Source: a virus. Taken from it: a DNA stretch of 64,000 nucleotides. A model generated the notes under the pieces. The model searched no databases. It was not told where the DNA came from and saw only the letters and a list, made by a program, of their open reading frames with translations. Positions 57,191-64,000 of the stretch are shown here, piece after piece. The translations under genes were made by a program, and so were the position numbers. Each line of letters starts with the position of its first letter. The first letter of the stretch is position 1. Location: the IMG/VR virus record IMGVR_UViG_2593339207_000001. One strand, 5' to 3'.

Positions 57191-57517
57191 TCAGGCTGCC
57201 CGTTCCTCGATGCGCATCAGGAACGGGAGACCGTGCTTGATCTCGAGCAGGCAGACTTTTCCGCTGCCCATCTGCGCGAGGTGCTCCAGCAGCGCCACGA
57301 CCTCTTGCTTGAGAATGAAGTCATCCTGGTCGCGCTCGGGCCGGGGACCGCTTTGTCCGCCCAGCTTGATCTCGCGCTCGATGACCGTGTCAGGGGTGAG
57401 TTCCGGCTCGCCTTCGCGGACCGGAATGTTGGTGATGCGGCCGAAGTTGATGTCCTGCATCAACTCGATGAGTCGCCGCTTCGGTGGGGTGAGGTGTGCT
57501 TTGTTGACTTGTGCCAC
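57191..57517 (-). CDS. Hypothetical protein upstream of sigma
   Basis: 108 aa, GGAG RBS, GTG start. Confidence 0.7.
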   Translation of the reverse strand: MAQVNKAHLTPPKRRLIELMQDINFGRITNIPVREGEPELTPDTVIEREIKLGGQSGPRPERDQDDFILKQEVVALLEHLAQMGSGKVCLLEIKHGLPFLMRIEERAA

Positions 57518-57574
57518 TGCCAGTCTCCTTGTTCGGAAGTTCTGGCACGCCCGGTGGCCAACCCTGTGCTGACC

Positions 57575-57626
57575 AATAAAAAACGCCGGATCGCGCCTTC
57601 ATTGGGGAAGGCGCTACATCCGGCGT
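57575..57626 (-). terminator. Terminator-like hairpin after the QueC-like gene
   Basis: ACGCCGGAT/ATCCGGCGT outer stem, GCGCCTTC/GAAGGCGC inner stem, then TTTTTTATT on the minus strand. Confidence 0.7.
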
Positions 57627-57690
57627 CGCAATGGCTACATTTGGCGTAGCGGAAATTTTTTTTAGTTTTTTCTTCCTGGGTGGTCCCGGG

Positions 57691-59793
57691 TCACTCGTTG
57701 ACTATCGGGCGGACCTCCCAAACGATCTCCTCTTCGGTCCGGTAGACCGGTTCGTTGCCGCACTTGATGGACTCCTTCAGGTGGGCGGCCAGCGGCTTGT
57801 CATACTTCTCCAGATACGTGATGGCCCGGTTCACGGCGTTCCGGAAGGCGTCGCGGATGTTCTTCCGCTTGTCGTTGGATTTCCGGAGTTTGCCACCCAG
57901 ACCAACCGCCTCGTTGATTGCTGTGGTCACCTTTGCCATTTCTTCTTCAAGCCGCTGAATCTCGGCAGCGTTGTTTTCTGCTCGTGCGTCTTCAATTTCT
58001 CGAAGAAGATCGTGAGCCGCCTCCCGGTACTGCTCGATAGCCTTGCGGTCGGCGACGAAGCCGGTATCGCCCAACGGAACCCCCTGGGTGACCTGAAAAC
58101 CGTCTTCGGTTTCATCAGAGTTCAGAAACGTGTTGCAGGTATTGATGGCCAACCCGCAGACGATCTCGTAGACCGAGGTTTCCTTGTTGGGCCTCGCCAG
58201 AAGGAAGTTGATGTACTCGGCTCCTTTGTCGACACCCGTCACGAGCACCTCGGCATTGCCGTTAAAGCGTGCGGCCCAGACACCCCCGCGCTTCCTGAAG
58301 TAGTTGTCCGGCTGCTTCTGCTCGACCGGAATAGCTGGGACAGAGATCACCGATCCCGATTCATAGACCGTCCGAAGCAAACAGTCTCCCGGCAAGGTGC
58401 GCTGACGGATGGCCGTGATGTTGCGGGCGACCATGGTGTCCATCGCTTCGCAGACCTCCTTGGCGTGGCGTTTGTAAAGGTCATAGACCTTCTGGGCCAC
58501 GCTTCCGGGGTTCCCATTCAAGTAGCGGAAGACCCGACTTACCTCGCTGAATCGAGCGATAAACTGGGTGATGTCATCCTGATCACGGACCTGGTTGGCT
58601 CGCTCCAGGTACGCGGCAGCCATGATCTTGTCCTCGTCCTTGCTTCGACTTTGGGTGAAGATATCGGCCTTATAGTCTTCCACGGGGTCATGCTGATCCG
58701 CTTTTGCCGCAATCATGGCAAAACGCCTGTCGATGCACTGCGAACACGTTCCGCAATGCGTATGGTGATTGGTCATCTCCCAGGTATGGGTGCAGGTGGT
58801 CGATGCCGCGATCATGTCCTGGCATCCGGCCTTGGTGATCACCTCGATAACACCGGCCTTGGTTTTCCAGATGTAGGGATTCTCAATCGTGAACGGTTCG
58901 CCAGCCACCAGGCTGATGATTTCCTGAAAGCCTCGGATCACCCTGGGGTGGGTGGTGCGTGTTGCCCGGCCGCCGACTACCTGAGCGCAGACCGGCAGAT
59001 TCAAACTGATGACCCCGTTTTCGTAAAAACGGACGCTTTTCAGATTGAGCATTTTTGCGATGGTCGCCCCGATAGACACATAAAGGAAGGATCGGCTGCG
59101 CTGGGTGTACTCGTAGTTCAGGCCCTTGTTCTTGTTGACCCGGACGCCGATGTGTAGCGGGGCGTTTTCCCCAGCCTTGTCGGCAATCATCTTTTCCAGG
59201 CGGCGGTGGCGCTTGTTGAGTTTCGGGGTTGACTTGTGGGTCACCAGGACGACCCGGTGCTTTTCGTTCAACACCTCGTCGATAGCTCCGGCCAGCGAAT
59301 CCAGGCCGCCTGAAAACATCACCACCTGTTCCGGATAACCGAGAAGACGCCCGTCATCGTTGAAGTCCAGATAGCCCTGGAATGCCTGAGCCTCTTTCAG
59401 TTTGACGAACTCGAAGTGATAGTTGTCGTCAGACAAGAAACCAAGCGTGGAGCGCAGCGCCTGGTGGATATCGTCTCCGTTCCAAAAATCTGGCTTCCGC
59501 ACCGGGATGATGAAGTGCAGATCCCTGCGCCAGCCATGGCCAAAAGAATCGACGTCGTCGGCCCCTCGTGGGATGGCCTGATCGGCACTGTAAACGTAGG
59601 TGGCGATTTCGAGCAGGTCCTGGAAAGAATCAGGCACGTCCTTGCTCATCTTTTTGTGGATGTCTTCAATGCGTAGGGTGATCTTGTCCGGCCCATCCTT
59701 ACCCCAAAGGCGCAGGCGCAGATCACGGTCAGGATTTTCTTCAATCCCATCGGTCGGTGCGTTCCCACAGATGATATATCGTTTATCTTGCAT
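57691..59793 (-). CDS. QueC/QatC-like PP-loop enzyme with C-terminal predicted DNA-binding domain
   Basis: DLLEIATYVYSAD...WRRDL N-domain, SGGLDS, TQRSRSF, CTH...HCGTCSQC; about 190-aa extension. Confidence 0.85.
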   Translation of the reverse strand: MQDKRYIICGNAPTDGIEENPDRDLRLRLWGKDGPDKITLRIEDIHKKMSKDVPDSFQDLLEIATYVYSADQAIPRGADDVDSFGHGWRRDLHFIIPVRKPDFWNGDDIHQALRSTLGFLSDDNYHFEFVKLKEAQAFQGYLDFNDDGRLLGYPEQVVMFSGGLDSLAGAIDEVLNEKHRVVLVTHKSTPKLNKRHRRLEKMIADKAGENAPLHIGVRVNKNKGLNYEYTQRSRSFLYVSIGATIAKMLNLKSVRFYENGVISLNLPVCAQVVGGRATRTTHPRVIRGFQEIISLVAGEPFTIENPYIWKTKAGVIEVITKAGCQDMIAASTTCTHTWEMTNHHTHCGTCSQCIDRRFAMIAAKADQHDPVEDYKADIFTQSRSKDEDKIMAAAYLERANQVRDQDDITQFIARFSEVSRVFRYLNGNPGSVAQKVYDLYKRHAKEVCEAMDTMVARNITAIRQRTLPGDCLLRTVYESGSVISVPAIPVEQKQPDNYFRKRGGVWAARFNGNAEVLVTGVDKGAEYINFLLARPNKETSVYEIVCGLAINTCNTFLNSDETEDGFQVTQGVPLGDTGFVADRKAIEQYREAAHDLLREIEDARAENNAAEIQRLEEEMAKVTTAINEAVGLGGKLRKSNDKRKNIRDAFRNAVNRAITYLEKYDKPLAAHLKESIKCGNEPVYRTEEEIVWEVRPIVNE

Positions 59794-60571
59794 CGGCTCG
59801 CGCTCCTTCTTTTAGCTCGTCCTTCATCTTTTTCAGCGCGTAAGAGGCGAAGCCATTGGAAGACTCCCTGGAGATGTCACCACCTTCTTCGTACCTGTGC
59901 TTCGAAAACCAATCTGCTGAAAACTGCTCGACGATCAGGGACGCCTCTTTACAGTGCGTGTTCAGAGCCTTCTCGAATTGTTCCATTTCATTCATGGTGG
60001 CAAAGCGCTGGCCCTCGCCAAGATGGGTAGCCAGCGTTTTTGAAAGGAAGTAGTTCATGCTCTCGTTGGTCAGCTTGGCGAAGAAAGTCCGCGACAGCTC
60101 TCCGAACTCTCGCTTTTTACCGAGCGCCGCCAGTGCGGCCCGAACATCATCTGGCCCGGGGGCGAAGAGAGACGGCAGTTTTGGTGAGATGTGCTCTACC
60201 AGGGCTCCGACCAATGCACGCTGAGACATTTCACCGAGGTCGGATCGGCCACCGTTGGACTCCAATTTGTTATCCAGGGCCTCGGAGACTGCGGCGGCAA
60301 GATCGGGAAGGGATGTATCCTGCGGCAGGTTGACGCCGAGGGATTGGAGATGCTCGCCGAGGTTCTCCTTTTTTGCGGCAATGGCGAGCTGCGTCATCAA
60401 CCAGACCGCCTCGGTGAACCCCTCATCGTTGAGCACGAAGGTGAATGCTTTATCGGCTGCCCGGATTGTTGCGTTTGCGATTTGGGACACGTCGGCACCG
60501 GCCGTGATCAGGCCGACCACCTCTTTCCATGCCCTCGACCTCGGAAGGCTTCCAAGTCTGACGTGCCCCAT
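59783..60571 (-). CDS. QatB-like helical protein with N-terminal Gly
   Basis: 262 aa, all-helical composition, starts MG, overlaps the QueC-like start. Confidence 0.55.
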   Translation of the reverse strand: MGHVRLGSLPRSRAWKEVVGLITAGADVSQIANATIRAADKAFTFVLNDEGFTEAVWLMTQLAIAAKKENLGEHLQSLGVNLPQDTSLPDLAAAVSEALDNKLESNGGRSDLGEMSQRALVGALVEHISPKLPSLFAPGPDDVRAALAALGKKREFGELSRTFFAKLTNESMNYFLSKTLATHLGEGQRFATMNEMEQFEKALNTHCKEASLIVEQFSADWFSKHRYEEGGDISRESSNGFASYALKKMKDELKEGARADAR

Positions 60572-60604
60572 GTCGATCTCCTTATTTTTCGCGACCCAGC
60601 ATCG

Positions 60605-60838
60605 TTACTCGGGCCTCCTGATGACGACGATGCTTCGGGCCTTACGAGCTTCTTTCTTCAGATAGCCTTTCCGTACCAGTTGAGCGATCTGCTCGTGGGC
60701 GCTCGCGTGGCTGATACCAAGGACTTCCGACAATTCTTTCACCGTTGGCGGCAACCCCTTTTCATCGATGATTTGGCAAATGACCCTCAGCGTGTTTGCT
60801 TGTGGGTCGGTTATTTCCGATACCTTTCCCTTTCCCAA
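60605..60838 (-). CDS. LexA DNA-binding-domain-only repressor candidate
   Basis: GLPPTVKELSEVLGIS...LVRKGYL..EARKARSI; no peptidase domain. Confidence 0.85.
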   Translation of the reverse strand: MGKGKVSEITDPQANTLRVICQIIDEKGLPPTVKELSEVLGISHASAHEQIAQLVRKGYLKKEARKARSIVVIRRPE

Positions 60839-60903
60839 GGCGATTGCTCCGTGTCGTAGCCACTGAGCGGATTAAGCCCAATTTATGACCACAAAATATA
60901 CGA

Positions 60904-60919
60904 CCTGATGAACATCAGG
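60904..60919. promoter_or_regulatory. Palindromic operator candidate in the divergent control region
   Basis: CCTGATG-AA-CATCAGG. Confidence 0.5.
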
Positions 60920-60949
60920 CCAATAAAAAAACAGGACTTCTCGTCTGAT

Positions 60950-60981
60950 TCCGTCATCTTGCACGTCCCTCCGGTAGGTAA
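60950..60981 (+). promoter_or_regulatory. Class-1 motif on the plus strand facing the recombinase module
   Basis: TCCGTCA-N13-TCCGGTAGGTAA. Confidence 0.65.
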
Positions 60982-61045
60982 CGAACGCAAGTCCGGTTCA
61001 AGCCGGATGTAACCAGATAACCGACCAGAGGCGGAGCTGAGGCGG

Positions 61046-61375
61046 TTGTGGGTGCCATCGAACGCGCATCCCGACCGCCGCCGTTTTCTGGCATCCACGC
61101 CATCCAGCCCCCGGTCCAACCGGAGGTGTTCGATGTTGGATGTACAGGAAATGAATGATGGGCCAGGGACGGATGACCTTGGCAAAAACGGCAAACCCGG
61201 CCGCCTGTCGGGTGAGGCGAGGCTCCAGTCAGCCGCCTCCATTCTGGCCACGGCGATCCTGCGCCGAAAGGCAAAAAACGCATGTGTGGGCAATGAGTTA
61301 GATGCTTTCGAAGATTCTTCCCCTGTGCTCGGAGAAGGACTTGATTCATTGCCGGAACAGAGCATTCATTCATGA
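61046..61375 (+). CDS. Possible small hypothetical protein (start uncertain)
   Basis: C-terminal helical RLQSAASILATAILRRK; lies between the class-1 motif and DUF2924. Confidence 0.4.
   Translation: MWVPSNAHPDRRRFLASTPSSPRSNRRCSMLDVQEMNDGPGTDDLGKNGKPGRLSGEARLQSAASILATAILRRKAKNACVGNELDAFEDSSPVLGEGLDSLPEQSIHS
61339..61374 (+). promoter_or_regulatory. Class-2 promoter-like motif upstream of DUF2924
   Basis: ACTTGATT-N5-CCGGAA-N3-AGCATTCATTCATG. Confidence 0.6.
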
Positions 61376-61409
61376 CAACTCGTCCGGAAACCAAAATAAG
61401 GAGTTGAAA

Positions 61410-61934
61410 ATGAATGAGTTACACAACGCCGCCACCGGCGGCAAGAATCAGGACCGAACCCGAAACTCGGTCCTTCGGCAGATGGCCCTGCTGCAATCCA
61501 TGTCCCTGGAGCAGCTCCGGGAAAAATGGCTCGACCTCTACGGCGAAGAGCCGCCCCAGTACAAAAAGCAATTCCTCATCAAGCGGCTGGCCTATCGCAT
61601 CCAGGAGCTTTTCTACGGCGGGCTGTCCGAGCAGGCCAAGGTCCATCTCCAGCAGGCCGCCAAGGAGGACCCGGTAGCCACTGTCAATCGACGCATCCCA
61701 GAAGAGCGGAAATCGAACGAGGCGCTCCTGCCCGGGACCAGACTGGTGCGGGTCTGGAACGACCGGCGCTATGAGGTGATCGTCCTTGCCGATGGCTATG
61801 AGTTCGAAGGCCGCACCTTCCGGTCGCTCAGCGCGGTGGCCAGGGAGATCACCGGGACGCGCTGGAACGGCAAGGTCTTTTTCGGGCTGAAGAAGGTTTA
61901 CGGCAGAAAAGCCGAAGGAGGTTCGGATGCTTGA
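61410..61934 (+). CDS. DUF2924 family protein
   Basis: LREKWLDLYG...LAYRIQELFYGGL...PGTRLVRVW...SLSAVAREITGTRWNG. Confidence 0.92.
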   Translation: MNELHNAATGGKNQDRTRNSVLRQMALLQSMSLEQLREKWLDLYGEEPPQYKKQFLIKRLAYRIQELFYGGLSEQAKVHLQQAAKEDPVATVNRRIPEERKSNEALLPGTRLVRVWNDRRYEVIVLADGYEFEGRTFRSLSAVAREITGTRWNGKVFFGLKKVYGRKAEGGSDA

Positions 61935-63513
61935 TAACAGCAATGTAGCGCCGGGCAAAAACAAGACCCTGCGCTGCGCCATCTACACCCGCAAGAGTCA
62001 TGAGGAAGGGCTCGAACAGGAGTTCAACTCGTTGGATGCGCAACGGGAGTCGGCGGAACACTATATCGAATCCCAGAGGATGCGGGGCTGGACGGCTCTG
62101 CCGGATCGCTACGACGATGGTGGTTTCTCGGGTGGGAACATGGAGCGCCCGGGGCTGCGCCGCCTGCTGGAGGACATCGATGCCGGGAAGATTGACGTGA
62201 TCGTGGTCTACAAGGTCGACCGGCTGTCCCGCTCGCTGCTGGACTTCATGAAGATGATCGACCTCTTCAACGAGAAGGGTGTCAGCTTCGTCTCGGTCAC
62301 CCAGCACTTCAGCACCACCGACCCCACCGGCCGGATGTTTCTCGGCATCCTGATTACCTTCGCCCAGTACGAGCGGGAGGTCATCGCTGAACGTATCCGG
62401 GACAAGGTGGCGGCCGCCAAGCGCCGGGGGAAATACTGCGGCGGCGTGCCCATCATCGGATATGACGTCGACCGGGAGAACAAGAAGCTGCTGGTCAACC
62501 CCGATGAGGCCAGGACGGTGCAGTACATCTTCCGCCGCTTCATCCAGATCGGCTCGGCCAAGAAGCTGGGCCAGGAATTGAACGAACAGGGATACCGGAC
62601 CAAGGCCTGGACCACCAAGAAAGGCAAGGTGCGCGAGGGCTCCGAATGGAACACCGCCCACATCTACCGGCTGCTCAACAACCGGATCTATATCGGCGAG
62701 ATCGCCCACAAGGATCGCAGCTACCCCGGGGAGCACGATGGGATCATTGACCGGGCGACCTGGGACAAGGTGCAGGTCATCCTGGAGGACAACAAACCGG
62801 TCAAGATTTCCATGGCCAGAACCAAAATGGTCGCCCCGCTGAAGGGCGTCATCCGCTGCGGCCACTGCGGATGCTCGATGGGACCGACCTACGCCCGCAA
62901 GAACGGCCGCCACTACACCTATTACATCTGCCAGAAGGACAGCAAGCGGACCGTGAGCCGGTGTCCGCTCAAACGGATTCCCGCCGGGGACATCGAGCAG
63001 GCCGTGGTCGAGCAGTTGAGCGCGGTGTTCCGCACACCGACGCTGGTGGCCAAAACCTTCTTTGCGGCCCGGGACATCGAGCAGGTGGAGCGGGAGCGGC
63101 TGTTCAAGCAGAAAGCCCAACTCGAGATGGAGCTGTCGCAGGCGCGGGAGCAAGCCCTCGAACTGATGAGGCCCGGCAACGATCAGCCGGGCAAGGCCGA
63201 GATGCTGACAACCGTCAACCGCCAGGCGGTCGAGCTCTCGAAACAACTGACGCACGTGAACGAGCGATGCAGAGCCTACCAGGGGAACAGCATCACGGAA
63301 CAGGATGTTTCGGAGGCCTTCCAGAATGTCGAAGGCTTCTGGGAAGACCTTTTCCCGGTGGAGCGAAACCGGCTCATCCGCCTCCTGGTGGATAAGGTCG
63401 AGATCCGCGAGACCGGAATCGACATGGAGTTGCGCACCAACGGGCTGACAACGCTCATCGCCGAACTGGCTGGGCTGGCATGCGAAGTCACCGAACGGAG
63501 GGCAATTCGATGA
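61927..63513 (+). CDS. Large serine recombinase (resolvase + recombinase + zinc ribbon)
   Basis: CAIYTRKS, DGGFSGG...RPGL, VDRLSRS, CGHCG...YYIC...C. Confidence 0.96.
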   Translation: MLDNSNVAPGKNKTLRCAIYTRKSHEEGLEQEFNSLDAQRESAEHYIESQRMRGWTALPDRYDDGGFSGGNMERPGLRRLLEDIDAGKIDVIVVYKVDRLSRSLLDFMKMIDLFNEKGVSFVSVTQHFSTTDPTGRMFLGILITFAQYEREVIAERIRDKVAAAKRRGKYCGGVPIIGYDVDRENKKLLVNPDEARTVQYIFRRFIQIGSAKKLGQELNEQGYRTKAWTTKKGKVREGSEWNTAHIYRLLNNRIYIGEIAHKDRSYPGEHDGIIDRATWDKVQVILEDNKPVKISMARTKMVAPLKGVIRCGHCGCSMGPTYARKNGRHYTYYICQKDSKRTVSRCPLKRIPAGDIEQAVVEQLSAVFRTPTLVAKTFFAARDIEQVERERLFKQKAQLEMELSQAREQALELMRPGNDQPGKAEMLTTVNRQAVELSKQLTHVNERCRAYQGNSITEQDVSEAFQNVEGFWEDLFPVERNRLIRLLVDKVEIRETGIDMELRTNGLTTLIAELAGLACEVTERRAIR

Positions 63514-64000
63514 AAAAATCGTCTGGAACTATTTTTGACGCCCGACAGGGCGGCCCCGAAGGGGTTAGCCTCAGGGATGGGGCGAACAAAATGAAGCCGA
63601 CCATTACCGTAGCCGACAACGGCAACCTGCAGATCCACATCCCGATGCTGATCCGGCGCATGCGCGGCCGCAAGACGGTCATCGCTCCCCAGACCCTGGA
63701 TGGAGAAATCACCGGAGCGCAGGAACCGGTGCAGTCCGCCGTCCTCCAGGCGCTGGGCAGGGCCTTTTCCTGGGCCGACATCCTCGAATCCGGCCAGATC
63801 AAGTCCATCAGCGAGCTTGCCCGTACCCTCGACGTCGATGGCTCGTATGTGGCCCGCATTCTCAAGCTGACGACCCTGGCCCCCGACATCGTCGAAGCCC
63901 TGATCAACGGTGAGGAACCCAACGGGCTCTCGCTGGCCAAACTGACCCAGACCTTCCCGGAGGACTGGGCCGAGCAGCGCCGCCAGTTCGGCTTTGCCAC
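63510..64000 (+). CDS. Recombinase-associated HTH-like protein (3' end cut by the window edge)
   Basis: Open frame from ATG 63510 (or 63591): RAFSWADILESG...SISELARTLDVDGSYVARILKLTTLAPDIVEA. Confidence 0.85.
   Translation, partial: MKKSSGTIFDARQGGPEGVSLRDGANKMKPTITVADNGNLQIHIPMLIRRMRGRKTVIAPQTLDGEITGAQEPVQSAVLQALGRAFSWADILESGQIKSISELARTLDVDGSYVARILKLTTLAPDIVEALINGEEPNGLSLAKLTQTFPEDWAEQRRQFGFA
63512..63587 (+). repeat. Multi-hairpin palindromic element copy D (in frame)
   Basis: GAAAAAATCGTCTGGAACTATTTTTGACGCCCGACAGGGCGGCCCCGAAGGGGTTAGCCTCAGGGATGGGGCGAAC. Confidence 0.75.

Larger units (their letters stand above)
396..64000. mobile_element. Temperate myophage-type prophage; continues past the right edge, att sites not identified
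   Basis: Contiguous terminase, portal, capsid, sheath, tube, tape measure, baseplate, replication genes and large serine recombinase. Confidence 0.95.

Noticed and set aside
57691-59793. Housekeeping queuosine synthesis or a dpd DNA-modification cluster
   Set aside because: Much larger than canonical QueC, has a QatC-type N-domain, and no folE/queD/queE/dpdA neighbours
1-64000. tRNA/rRNA genes and att direct repeats
   Set aside because: None recognised by eye; tRNAscan and comparison with flanking sequence would be needed

Overview
Almost the whole window (about 396 to >64000, GC-rich) is one temperate myophage-type prophage. A deltaproteobacterial/Desulfobacterota-like host is inferred, not shown. 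Most genes are on the minus strand. From right to left: DUF2924 + large serine recombinase module (+); LexA-type HTH, QatB-like protein and QueC/QatC-like enzyme fused to a predicted DNA-binding domain; phage sigma factor; recombination/replication genes (Cas4-like nuclease, AAA_24, DUF669, ERCC4, RecD2, primase-helicase) and an iteron-rich origin candidate; terminase; portal; MuF; an adenine methyltransferase fused to a predicted prohead protease/scaffold; capsid; a contractile tail with CIS-like parts (sheath, gp19 tube, gpD, gpV spike, PAAR, gp25, baseplate J); and an amidoligase-GATase operon. Opposite-strand inserts split the head module: a PaeR7I/XhoI-like R-M cassette, an AAA_14-DUF4143 ATPase, and a tyrosine recombinase with a stand-alone SAM-like domain followed by a ~45-bp-period array of dyad sites. 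Non-coding signals read from the sequence: 9-10 copies of a fixed 32-bp promoter-like motif, 3 copies of a second 36-bp motif, four ~75-bp multi-hairpin elements inserted in frame in genes, a P2-like -1 frameshift site, and a hairpin over the sigma gene's Shine-Dalgarno. Two tail-region genes look broken. All family assignments come from motif recognition by eye; no searches were run.
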